A DNA stretch of 64,000 nucleotides from Octopus vulgaris (taxonomy: Eukaryota), in contig OX597832.1 in NCBI GenBank assembly GCA_951406725.2, forward strand, positions 46,190,001-46,254,000, read 5' to 3'. Each line of letters opens with the position of its first letter. Position 1 is the stretch's first letter. Of this stretch, positions 28,494-41,184 are shown piece by piece. The translations under genes and the position numbers were made by a program. Under the pieces are notes generated by a model that worked only from the letters and a program-made list of their open reading frames with translations, searched no databases and had not been told where the DNA came from.

Positions 28494-29715
28494 TAACGGG
28501 AAGCTTTATGAAAATAAACAAAAGACGAAGGCAGGTGGAAAACAAACGAACAATTGTATTAGTATGGCGCTCAGGAAATATAAATAAAACAAGTCTTTAA
28601 CGTTTCGAGCCTACGCTCTTCAACAGAAAGATACACAGAGAGAGAAAAACACAGAAAGAAGGAGAGAAAAAAAATGCGTGCAGTAGCTAACGAATCAACA
28701 TGGCGATCTGATTTCGGCCAGAGGTCAAAGATCAAACATGAGACGCGAGAGCGAAATAAGGGGAGATAATAGGGTTGATAAAAGGGTTGAGGGACCAGCT
28801 AATAGTGCGTAGGAGGGGTCTGGATGGGTGTATGTATAGGGTTGGTGTATGTATTAGTATGTATAAGGGTGTGTCTGTGTGTGTGTGTGTGTGTATGAGA
28901 GAGTATGAGTGCGTAGGATTGGTCTGGACGTGCGTATGTATGGGGTTGGTGTATGTATTAGTATGTATTAGTATGTATTAGTACGTATTGGTATGTATAA
29001 GTGTGTGTGTGTGTATGAGAGAGTATAAGTGCGTATGCGGGGTCTGGACGTGTGTATGTATAGGGTTGGTGTATGTATTAGTATGTACTAGTATGTATTA
29101 GTACGTATTAGTATGTATTAGTTGGTGTGTGTATTAGTATGGCACATCATATGTGATGTGATGTGTAAAGTCATGTGGTGTAGTGAGGAGAAGAGGGGAG
29201 GGGGAGAAGAGGGGGAGAGAAGGGGAGGGGAAGAAGAGTGGGAGGAGAGGGGGAAGAGGAGAGGAGGGGGAGGAGGGGGATGAAGGAGGAAAGAGGGAGA
29301 GGGGAGAGAGAAGGGGAGAGAGGGAGTGAGGGAGCAGAGGGAAGGGGAAGAGGGAGGGAGAAAGAGGGAAGAAGGGAAGGGGAGTAGGGGTGAAAGGATG
29401 AAGGACTGAAGAAGTAGGGGTCGGGGGGAAAGGATAGGTGAAGAGGGGGGAGAGGGGGTTAGATGAGGAGGGGGGAGAGTTGAGACCAAATGGCGTATAA
29501 GAGCGAAGAGAGAAGATTAATTCCTGTTCACGGCGCAAACGGGAATCCGGATGGCCTCTGTGTAAGGACAAACCGAACACAGATAGGTGTTGCAAGGAGT
29601 GACCGGTGGAGCGGAAATGGCGTGAGACCGGTGTGTCGTTCGCAAGGTGGATGTCACGAAGGTGTTCCGCGAACCGGTCAGCCAAGCGGCGTCCCGTTTG
29701 TCCGATGTACAAGGA
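28494..29715 (-). mobile_element. 5'-truncated Penelope-like retroelement (GIY-YIG remnant, CT-rich 3' region, terminal hammerhead-like motif)
   Basis: GIY-YIG peptide at 29479-29715; hammerhead-like motif at 28594-28631; both ends abut TA-rich tracts. Confidence 0.85.
29479..29715 (-). pseudogene. GIY-YIG endonuclease C-terminal part of a Penelope-like element
   Basis: SLYIGQTGRRLADRFAEHLRDI...PVSRHF...H...RLRREQELIFSLRSYTPFGLN has the YIG-T-R-L-R-EH and E..I..L...P.GLN motifs; the N-terminal part is missing. Confidence 0.85.
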
Positions 29716-30316
29716 ATATATATATGTACGTAGTATCCATGCGTGTATGTAAGAGTGTACCTCTCCATGTACATCGTATACATACATACAACTTAAATTA
29801 GACTCAAAAAGAAAAGGTACACACACACACACCCATAAATGTATATATATATATGTATATATACATATATATATGTATATATATATTTTTTTCCTTGTTT
29901 TTACCCCTCTGCAAAGGAATTTTATTTTAATTATTTCGCAGGAAGGATTAGTTCAGCGAGACGTGTTCTGTCCATCCTTCGAAACACGCTGGAGTTGAAC
30001 TAGGGACAGCTGATGAAGGGGATTTTCCCTTGTGTAGTTGTCTTGTACTCTGTTTTTTCGTTGTTATAAAAATGGTCCGTTCCATGCTGTTTTTACGTTT
30101 TCGTTTCTCGTTGAGTTCTGCGTCTATTTGCGGTGTCCTGTACACACGTATATATATTTATATATGCATGTATATATAAATGTAGATGTAGGTACGTACA
30201 TATATGTTTGTATGTATGCATATATTTTATTCATTACACTATTGTATGACTGAGCACCCTTCGCGTCGATTCGATTCGATTCGTTTGGTTTCCTTTCGTC
30301 TCTTCTTCTCTAAGCT

Positions 30317-30388
<72 letters not shown>

Positions 30389-30494
30389 CATGTACATCTA
30401 CATATGCGTATTAAATATTCATAATCACACCTAGTGGCATATATACACACATAAACATATGTGTTTGTGTATGGGCCTATACATCAATAAATTC

Positions 30495-30820
30495 CTCTCT
30501 TTTACTTCTTTCAATCATTTGATAGCAGCCATGCTGGAGCATTACGTTTAGTAGAAAAAATCGGTCGTTCTTGTTCGAACCGCTAAGTTACACACCAACA
30601 TCAGTTCTGAAGTGTTGACGGGGGGGGGGGAAATACAAACACAAACACACAGGCACACACTCACACATATATGTATGTGTTCTGTCTACCAAATCCACTC
30701 ACAAGGCTTTAGTCGGTCCGAGGCCATAGTAGAAGACACCTATACAAGGTGCCACGCAGTGGGACTGAACCTGGAACCATGTGGTTGGGAAGCAAGCTTC
30801 TTACCACACAGTAACTCCTA
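30495..30820 (-). mobile_element. Family 2 SINE, diverged and deleted
   Basis: Head, tail and tctaccaaatccactcacaagg block recognisable. Confidence 0.75.
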
Positions 30821-31664
30821 CCCCTGTGAGAACCTGTGCCGATGAACGTGTAGTCATTTTTTATTTTGCAAACTTCTGCGCATGCGTGTGTTAGAACACT
30901 CATTTCTCTTTATGCATATGTGCAAGTGAAGAGACAACAGGAAAAAATCTTTGTTGGGAACGGTAAAAGAAATATCTAATTTCGAAAGTCTGGGAGTAGT
31001 TAAATTCTTTGAGCACGCCTGCAATTCTTGTAAGCTGTCAGTATTGTTAAATTCGAACGTTTGTCTTGTTCTCCTGTGAGAGTACCGCTGCAACGTCTAC
31101 TTAACTACATAATGACTGGTCGCAAACATAAAACGTGTGTTTCAATTCACTTTTGTAGGACTCACAAAATGAATATACGTGGAGTGAATTGTATACTAAT
31201 ACGGAAATTGGCAAGCAAAACCGATCATGTGATATAAACTTTAGTACACAATGAAGACTTTCCAATATCGTTGTACATACAATCACTTCAAATACTTCTT
31301 ATGTGCCCCAATTGGTACCTAATTATGCTGTCTGTATTATCGTTTCAATAACATAATAATAAAAACAACTTCACACAGGACATTTGGTATATTATAAATT
31401 GAATATTATTATTATTATTATTATTATTAAGATATTTTATGCTATGAATATTTTACCATGTGTTCGACGTCTCTTAAAGTTTATGGTGTGTAGATATATA
31501 GCCACGTAGTGTACATCATTTGCATAGATATGTTTAATTCTCAAGAGGTTCATAGAAGAATCTGCAAATTCCACTATCAACAGCAACATAATGTATGATA
31601 TAAAGCATTATCAAATTATTTACATATACACATAATTATTTTCCGCATTAATATCTAACAATTT

Positions 31665-32303
31665 GGAAGGTGTTAGTACGTCGGGCGAAATGCTCAGCGG
31701 TATTTCGTCTGTCGTTACGTTCTGAGTTCAAATTCCGCCGAGGTCGACTTTGCCTTTCATCATTTCGGGGTCGATTAAATAAGTATCAGTTACACACTGG
31801 GGTCGATGTAATCGACTTAATACCTATGTCTGTCCTTGTTTGTCCCCTCTATGTTTAGCCCCTTGTGGGTAATAAAGAAATAGGCATTTCGTCTGTCGTT
31901 ACGTTCTGAGTTCAAATTCCGCCGAGGTCGACTTTGCCTTTCATCATTTCGGGGTCGATAAATTAAGTACCAGTTTCGCATTGGGGTCGATGTAATCGAC
32001 TTAATACCTATGTCTGTCCTTGTTTGTCCCCTCCGTGTTTAGCCCCTCGTGGGTAATAAAGAAATAGGCATTTCGTCTGTCGTTACGTTCTGAGTTCAAA
32101 TTCCACCGAGGTCGACTTTGCCTTTCATCATTTCGGGGTCGATTAAATAAGTACCAGTTTCGCACTGGGGTCGATATAATCGACTTAATACCTATGTCTG
32201 TCCTTGTTTGTCCCCTCTATGTTTAGCCCCTTGTGGGTAATAAAGAAATAGGCATTTCGTCTGTCGTTACGTTCTGAGTTCAAATTCTGCCGAGGTCGAC
32301 TTT
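31665..32303 (+). mobile_element. Family 3 SINE tandem array: partial head plus about 3.3 units of 184 bp
   Basis: Units start at 31699, 31883, 32067 and 32251 (gg[t/c]atttcgtctgtcgttacg...aaagaaata). Confidence 0.95.
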
Positions 32304-32679
32304 ACTACGGGTGTGGTAGTCGACTTATCCTTTAATCCTTTTCGATTCTATAAAAGACATAGCAATTGAACACTGTGGTCGAGGTAATCAACTTCCCCAC
32401 ATCCCTTGAAAATGCTTGCCTCGTTCCAAAATTTTAATATAAAAAAATTAAAAAAGCATGATTACTTCATGGATTTCGGTTTTTGGATTCATAAACCACC
32501 TTCGCATGTTTATTAAAAATTCACCGACCACGAAAAACGCTGGATTTTCATCGTATAGTTCGTGGCCCCATCGTATACACGAAGGGGTCACGTGGACAGT
32601 TAATACCGAAAATAATATCGAAAAATTGTGTGTCAGTATATAGTGTGTGTCATTATTTAGTGGTTATAGAAGTGTGTAG

Positions 32680-32911
32680 GGCGGCGAGTTGGCAGAATCG
32701 TTAGCACGCCGGGCGAAATGCTTATCAGTATTTTATCTGTCGCTACCCTCTGAGTTCAAAATCCACCGAGGTCGACTTTGCCTTTCATCATTTCGGGGTC
32801 GATTAAATAAGTACTAGTTACGCACAGGCTTCGATATAATAGACTTAATCCGTTTGTCTGTCCCTTGTTTGTCCTCTGAGTGTTAAGCCCCTTGTGGATA
32901 GTAAAGAAATA
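32680..32911 (+). mobile_element. Family 3 SINE monomer with 16-bp TSD
   Basis: TSD ggttatagaagtgtgt at 32662-32677 and 32912-32927. Confidence 0.95.
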
Positions 32912-33262
32912 GGTTATAGAAGTGTGTCAGTCTCGAGCAGGATTCGAAACAGCTTATGGAAGCGGCTGTTGTTTACACCTCAGTTCTGTCAATCAAAATA
33001 ACCCACAGAACCAGATGATCCAGACATTATTTGCATAGAGCAGTGAGAGTTTCAGTTTGATTTTTTTTTTTTTACCCTAAAGATACCGTTCGCGCATTCA
33101 CACCAAACAAGGCAAAGGGCCAGACTTTAGATGGTGTAGGTGTATTGTTACCCACACCGATGTTTACACAAGGCCAGTTACACATGTCGCTATGAGTAGA
33201 GCAACTGACTCCAGTAATTTTAAAATTAGTGTCGACCAAACAGAAAATATCATCTACAAAGA

Positions 33263-33818
33263 AGTTTTGTCATGATATTGATATTAACGAAAGGAATATG
33301 ATTCGTAATTTAATTAAGGAAATTGTGAACTCTGAATGTATAAGAGCGTAAACAAGCATAAAATAGTGTAAATAACTAAAATAAATGTATATCTAAGTAA
33401 CATGTGTTTCTTAATACTTTTTATGCAGTGGTCGAAAGAAGGTCTGGCTTTCGTTAGGAGTGGTCCACATAACCATTCATGATACAAGAGTCTGGGAGCC
33501 TATTTCAGTTCGGGAGTGGAATCGTCATCGCACGTCACTTAGTTTTGTAATGATATTGATATTAACGAAAGGAATATGATTCGTAATTTAAATAAGGAAA
33601 TTTGTGAACTTTGAATGTATAAGAGTATAAACAAGCATGAAATAGTGTAAACAACTAAAATAATAGTATATCTAAATAATATTTTTCCTGAATACTTTTT
33701 ATGTAGTGGTCGAAGGAAGCTCTGGCTTTCGTAAGGAGTGATCCACATAACCATTCACGATGCAGAAGCTGGGAGCTTACTACATTTCGTACGGGAGGGA
33801 ATCGTCATCACATGTCAT
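33263..33818. repeat. Diverged tandem duplication, unit about 278 bp
   Basis: agttttgt[c/a]atgatattgatattaacgaaagg starts at 33263 and 33541; the two units are colinear to their ends. Confidence 0.9.
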
Positions 33819-34346
33819 CTAGTCGCACGCAGACACTTCATGTAGCTGCAATAGAATGCAGTATCACCAACAATAATGTGATTTCACCCAGTAATCTATC
33901 AAATCCATTTACACATTCTTACTCAATATGTACGGCTGTTATGACCTCCCTCCCTCAGTTTATGCCTCCATCGCAGATTGGTAGAATTGCTAGTACTAAT
34001 AATTGCAGTTTGTTTAATAGATAACGATGAAGTATCTACCAGTCTAACCATCAAAACACATTTATTGGCTCAACGTGTCCTTGGTGTTGTCGATTGAATG
34101 GAATCCAGTAACATTATACATATGCATACATACAAATAAATACATATATAGTGGTTAGTTATAAAGCAAATAAGTACAGGGATATAAATATGTTCCTCAG
34201 AGTTAAGTACATATATAACCTATACTGATGGACGTGTAGTCATTTTTTATTTTGCAAACTTCTGCGCATGCGTGTGTTAGAACACTCATTTCTCTTTATG
34301 CATATGTGCAAGTGAAGAGACAACAGGAAACATATATATATATATA

Positions 34347-34401
<55 letters not shown>

Positions 34402-35153
34402 AAACGATTTTGTTTGTATTGGGGGAAACACGTTCGGTAAATTCTTTTCTTCTTCTGTATTAGGTTGCCGTATTTTTTTTTTATTAAAGAAACAATGTCG
34501 GTAGTGAGGAGATGTTGCAGCATCTTTAAATTACACGAAATAAATACGCAATATTTTCTCAGTTAACATATTTACTTAAAAGTATATTTACAACAATTTT
34601 ATACAAACCATTCCGAAGATGAGAAGATTGACTATCTCCAGACTTATTTACTCTGCATATATTAAAATATTGTGACATGGTTTTGGTAGATGTCCAATTA
34701 TGAATTATGAGAACTTTTCTTTTCATTTCCTTTCAATAAATAAATAATTGTTATCGTTTTATATAAAATTAAATGGTCGCTAAAGCCTTGTTTATGAGGA
34801 TCGCTTTTGAAATCAATATTTATAACTCTATTGATACCATTATCCCAAGATATATTGCGGTAATAATAGAATCTCTGCTAGTATTTATAGAAATTAAACA
34901 GGGAATAAAAAGCAAATACGTTACTATTCATCAAATGGGAATCAAACTGAAAAATAGATTTATGAAACAATCAATAATCAATATCTATCTCAAAATATGT
35001 CTATGATTTTTGAAATACCAGATTGCACAAAATTTTAGATGTCAATGATGTATTTAGGGAATGTAATTACAGACATAGCCATTCTCTTCAGTACGTACGC
35101 ATAAACACATACACGTACGTACATACATACATATTACATATTTAAATAAATAA

Positions 35154-35305
<152 letters not shown>

Positions 35306-36134
35306 GTATATTGGTGAATGTATGTATTATGTATGTGGTGGGGCGTATGACAGAACAGCTGTTAGATATTACGTGTGAATTATACTGAAATGTCGGTATT
35401 TCAATTATATAAAATTGATCTTCGGTACGATGTAAAATTACTAAATTATATTGTATTGGACAGAGAATGAGATTTACTAGAATATACTCATTAATATATT
35501 CTACTTATTCCTGATCGATCTTCGCAGATTAATTGATTAAAGTTCTTCTTTTTTATGCAACACATGCACCTCTAAATTTAGAACATAGTATTTGGTGTAT
35601 TTTCGGTTTAGATAGATTACCTTTTACCTAGATTTTTTTTAGTTTAATTCTCTACACTCAGACCAAAATATGTACTTTGAATAAAGAAATACCTTGTCTG
35701 TTTCAGGATGAATATTATTAATCTACATTGCAAGAATTTTCTATATTCTTGCATGAAACTGAATGCTAATATCATCTTTATTATTTTAGCTTACTATTCG
35801 TACTACTTCCGACGGATTTTGGTCATTGGTATGCTTAGTTATTTATAATACGATGTTGATGGTAAGCATTGTGATGAAGCTTTTCGTGAAATGAGTTATA
35901 TTTGCATGTATTTATTTTAATAAATTCCTTTATAGAAAATATTCTTATTATAGGGAGATTATAATACAGTACTGTAAAGTTATAAAATATATAGTAACAA
36001 AATTTAACCATGTGATATTTTGTAATCCCAAAATCAATAGTAGTACAAGCGCGTATATAATCCTTTAGTACGCTAAGTAGTTTCTATCACAAAAAAACAA
36101 ACAAGTGAAAATATATGTACTTAACTTACTGAAA

Positions 36135-36364
36135 GGCGGCGAGCTGGCAGAAACGTTAGCACGCCGGGCGAAATGCGTAGCCGTATTTCGTCTGCCGTTA
36201 CGTTCTGGGTTCAAATTCCGCCGAGGTCGACTTTGCCTTTCATCCTTTCGGGGTCGATAAATAAAGTACCAGTTTCGCACTGGGGTCGATGTAATCGACT
36301 TAATCCGTTTGTCTTTCCTTGTTTGTCCCCTCTGTGTTTAGCCCCTTGTGGGCAATAAAGAAAT
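36135..36364 (+). mobile_element. Family 3 SINE monomer
   Basis: Full head ggcggcgagctggcagaaacgttagcacgccgggcg through gggcaataaagaaat. Confidence 0.9.
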
Positions 36365-36945
36365 ATATATATATGCAACATCTCCTCACTACCGACATTG
36401 TTTCTTTAATAAAAAAAAAAATACGGCAACCTAATACAGAAGAAGAAAAGAATTTACCGAACGTGTTTTCCCCAATACAAACAAAATCGTTTATACACAT
36501 ACACACACACACACACACACAGATATATATATATATATATTCGTGTGTGTGTGTCGTTATTCTAAAAATTATATACGTTTTTATTTTTTTTTTTTGCAAT
36601 TTAATTAATCATTGACATTTTATTGTTATTTTAATTTTAATATTTCTATTATATGTAATTTTCTAGATAGTGTAATTTAATTGTTCCTTTTGAATTGATA
36701 AAAGGTGTTTTTTCTAATTTATATATGTATAGTTCTGTAGTTATGTATAGTTCTGTAGTTATGTAGTTAGATATATATATATATATATATACATGCATTA
36801 AGTATGTATGTATATATGCATTATACATGTATGTATGTCTATATGTGTATATACATTCACATATGCATATAAAGAGAACAGCATCACAATTAGTTATCCA
36901 GTATAGGTATATTTTATGCATTCTTTTATGATATATGTGTGTTTG

Positions 36946-37153
36946 TGGAGGCGCAATGGCCCAGTGGTTATGAGGCTCAGGCAGGGGTTGGTAGCGATCC
37001 CTGCTGTACTCTTTCGCCACAACTTTCTCTCACTCTTTCTCCTGTTGGCCTGCTCGCTTAGCCAGCGGGGTGGTGGCATTTGAAGGCTTAAACAATGGGA
37101 AGCTCATTGTGACCAGCGATGTGTAGCAACATCTGATAGCCTGGTCGGTCATG

Positions 37154-37157
<4 letters not shown>
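36946..37157 (+). mobile_element. Family 1 SINE, tail type B, internally deleted
   Basis: Head is cut after ccagtggtta and resumes at gaggctcaggcagggg; tail gatagcctggtcggtcatggtga. Confidence 0.85.
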
Positions 37158-37214
<57 letters not shown>

Positions 37215-37250
37215 ATATATATATTACATTTATATTACACGTTTATATGG

Positions 37251-37283
<33 letters not shown>

Positions 37284-39174
37284 TACATGTGAGTGTGTGC
37301 ATGTGTATACAAATGTATATATATATATATATATATATATATTAATATATATATAAACGTGTATGTATATAATTATACATATATATATATATATAGAGAG
37401 AGAGAGCTAATAGAGCATCATATTAATTAGTCATCCGTTATAGCTATATGTTATGCATTCTCTTATTATACCGAATCTCATCATTTTGCCTCATATTTCA
37501 ATTCTCAAAAAAAAAAATGTTTTGCTGGTGTGCAATGACTTTTGCCAAATTTTCAGAATAAAACCGACGACACGTAAAACTATATTATGACGTGCGAAAT
37601 AACTTTCCTGCTGCCCCCAGTGGTATTTCTTCATATATAATATACGTGGATATGACAGTTAATATGCAGACACAGCATGGGGAGCGCTGACAATTGAATA
37701 ATATTTACCACATCGATTTAGTTCTTTCTAAACTCTCTATAATTGTGTACACATGAATTCCAGACAAGCCAGCAGTTTAATACATCGCACTGGAACGTAA
37801 ACGCTACAACAATCGTATTGGCTTCTGCTCCAGTTGACTTTGGAGTTCTTGATACAGTTTTAAGTTTGGTAATTTTTTCTGTACGTCAGCAAAATGTTCC
37901 AGCATCATATATCATTGATACATGAACATGTCACTTGACTTTTTGAGAATATTATTTACTTTTCTAGTTTTTACTTATAGTTTTGCAATACACTGTTGCA
38001 AGAGAAAACATGATATAATTATAACTTTGATAATGTTTGTAAATTGGCTATTACAAATTTATATGGAATATATTTTTCTGACACAGGTGCAGACCTGGTT
38101 GTGCAATAGAGTTATTGATCTGGAAAGCTTGGTTTTTATATGATAGATTTTGATGCTTCGAGACAGTGTCTTAGCCAAGTGTTTTATACCATAAACTTGT
38201 CTTGTCCATTTATTTGAGTGATATATGGTTTACAGAAAAATGTAGAAGGCAGTTAAGCATACATGCAATCAAACATATATACATAAATACATACATACCT
38301 TTATTCCCACATACATAGATTCATACGTACATATATACACACACACACGCACACACACTCCTTATGCAAAAATTGACCACCTCATATACCTACACCTTAG
38401 AACTATCATAGCAGGTGATGTGTCTTTTTCAACCAGACAATATTTTGAAAAGACACCCATATAGATTGCATATCCGATTTTGACCAGCAAGAGCCGCGGT
38501 TAAGTTCTGATCTTTGTGGGTCTTAAAATGTCTTTTGAGGCCTCTGCTAGATTTTCAAACGTACTGGCATACATCGCATTGAAAGGTGTGCACAGATATA
38601 CAGGCAAAATAGTTATTGGAGGTTCGTTTTCCATGGGTTCGCAAATGAGATTTGAGCCCAACAACAAACAAAAAGTCATGATCTGTCAGAAATTGTGCAC
38701 ACAACAAGGTCAAATATGTACAAGAAAGAACGTACACAAAAATAATTTTATTTTACGTTTTGTATTACATATATATGTTTTTCTCCTACAATTTTTCCAT
38801 CATTATGTAAGACAAATTGCTCAATTACGTGATACGATGGATTAACTTCACCAATACACAGGTATTTTATATGAAACTTCAAAGCATCCCTTAGATTTTC
38901 CTGTATTTATTATTACAATAATTTAGCTCGAATTTAGGAAACTGTCCTATCAAGAGAGATGATGATTACCATCAAATAGAGTAAGTGGAGTAGAGTGTAA
39001 AATTATATCTAGCAGAACGCAAACATTTTGGTTACGTGTCACGCCGTCGAGCGCTCTTTGTAGTACATAATTAGTCAGCAGGTGGAAAATGTGGTTAATT
39101 CCTAGTAGTTCTTTTGTGATGAAGCTACTATTTTTTCTCATTTTGCCAGTATGTATGTATATCTATCTATCTAT

Positions 39175-39225
<51 letters not shown>

Positions 39226-39228
<3 letters not shown>

Positions 39229-39444
39229 TCTTTTACTCTTTTACTTGTTTCAGTCATTTGTCTGCGGCCAAGCTGGAGCACCGCCTTTAGTCGAGCAAAT
39301 CGACCCCGGGACTTATTCTGTGTAAGCCCAGTACTTATTCTATCGGTCTCTTTTGCCGAATCGCTAGGTGACGGGGACGTAAACACACCACCATCGGTTG
39401 TCAAGCAATGCTAGGGGGACAAACATAGACACACAAACACACGC

Positions 39445-39479
<35 letters not shown>

Positions 39480-39625
39480 TACGACAGGCTTCTTTCAGTT
39501 TCCGTCTACCAAATCCACTCACAAGGCATTGGTCGGCCCGGGGCTATAGCAGAAGACACTTGCCCAAGATGCCACGCAGTGGGACTGAACCCGGAACCAT
39601 GTGGCTGGTTAGCAAGCTACTTACC
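39226..39625 (-). mobile_element. Family 2 SINE, full length, within (TA)n
   Basis: Complete head to (gtaaaaga)n tail; (TA)n on both sides. Confidence 0.9.
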
Positions 39626-39644
39626 ACACAGCCACTCCTGCGCC

Positions 39645-39692
<48 letters not shown>

Positions 39693-39923
39693 CTAATGAA
39701 GGGGTTATATGTAAAATGTAAATATCACTCTGTAAAAACCAGTTTCACGGAAGTCATTCTATGGATTTATAATATAGAATTGTGATTAACCATACCTCTG
39801 GACCCTGCCAAAAGATTACATGCAATCCTTCACTAATCTAAGCAATATTGTTAGTCTGGTGTGCCGACAGAGACCTCATGAAGTATTTTGTTCGGATTAA
39901 TAATCTCTCCCTATTTGTTTTAT

Positions 39924-40001
<78 letters not shown>

Positions 40002-40004
<3 letters not shown>

Positions 40005-40497
40005 ACTCAAGAGATTGAGACTCTATTCCTTAGAGCGTAGGCGAGAAAGATATGCCATAATATGCATCTGGAAGATCCTAGCAGGACTTGTCCCAAACTT
40101 TGGCATCGAGAGTTACACAAATGCCAGAACTGGGCGTCACTGCATAGTGCCAAGGACTCCAAATTTGCCATCAAGATGTAGGACAAGATACTGTGATAGC
40201 CTGGGCTTCCGAGGCCCACAGCTCTTCAATATCTTCCCGAAGAACCTAAGAGACCTGCACAGGGTGGATGCAGATGTCTTTAAAATAAAACTGGATCTCT
40301 TCTTGTCAGGTGTCCCAGATGAACCAACTTCACGGCAGGAGGTGCAGATGAAGGCAGCTGCATCAACCTCTCTCATGCACCAAATGGCAATTGCTAAAAA
40401 GCATTCGTGTAGTAAAATCATGTAGCAACACCAAATGGCGGTGCTCCAGCATGGCCACAGCTTGTGAGCTGAAACTAGATAAAAATAAGAATAAAAT
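40002..40497 (+). mobile_element. CR1/L2-like LINE 3' end (ORF2 C-terminus and 3' UTR)
   Basis: ORF 40015-40425 LYSLERRRERYAIICIWKILAGLVPN...RTGRH...GPQLFN..P...FKIKLD.FL matches the post-RT C-terminal pattern of CR1-group LINEs; A-rich tail; clade assignment from motif memory. Confidence 0.85.
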
Positions 40498-41131
40498 TAA
40501 ATTAAATACATGCGTATATATGTGCACATTCCATCACCTACAGTGCAAATGACATTGAATGCGTAAACAAACGAATGAAATAAGTAAAAAACGAAAGAAT
40601 GGAAAATAGGACAAGTAAACAAAGAGAAAGGATCCTTCATCAGTTGTCGTCTGTCTGTCTACTGCTTACTTCGAGCAATCAAGGATAATATGAGTCTTCA
40701 AAGACAGTTGCTCCCATAAATTCTAAATTAAATTTAGTATTTACGGAGGGTTACATTTGGGAGCAAAAACACTACAAAGGAGACATTCGAGGAAACCGAA
40801 TGAAAGCAAACATGAAGGATCGTTAGACCAGAAAGAGAGGAATATATTGAACGTTGGAAGATATATTTTTTTTTGAAAAAAGAAAAGATAGAAGAGAGAG
40901 TAAAAATAACACGTCCATTCTTTTGAATGTCCGTGCAGGGAAATAAAGATGGTCACATGAGGAAAAGAAATATGGACGATGGTCACGTGTGAGCAACGAG
41001 ACAGTGCATGAGAGGAAAAAAGAAAGAGGAGAGAGACAGGAAAAGAGAAAGAGGTCAGAGAGAGAGGCAGATAGAAAACAGTGAAGGAGGGAGGGGAGAA
41101 AAATGGAATTAGAGGATGGAGAAAGAAAACA

Positions 41132-41181
<50 letters not shown>

Positions 41182-41184
41182 CTA

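Noticed and set aside
29134-29832. Intact 232-aa GIY-YIG gene
   Set aside because: Only 29479-29715 is endonuclease-like; the start comes from duplicated host flank and the end from CT-rich low-complexity sequence
31699-32303. CRISPR-like array or retrozyme
   Set aside because: Units are 184-bp whole repeats without unique spacers, and no CUGANGA/GAAA hammerhead core was found in them
38430-38870. Possible Tc1/mariner transposase remnant or 109-aa ORF
   Set aside because: No DDE/D or WVPHEL/YSPDL motif could be read and no TIR pair was found
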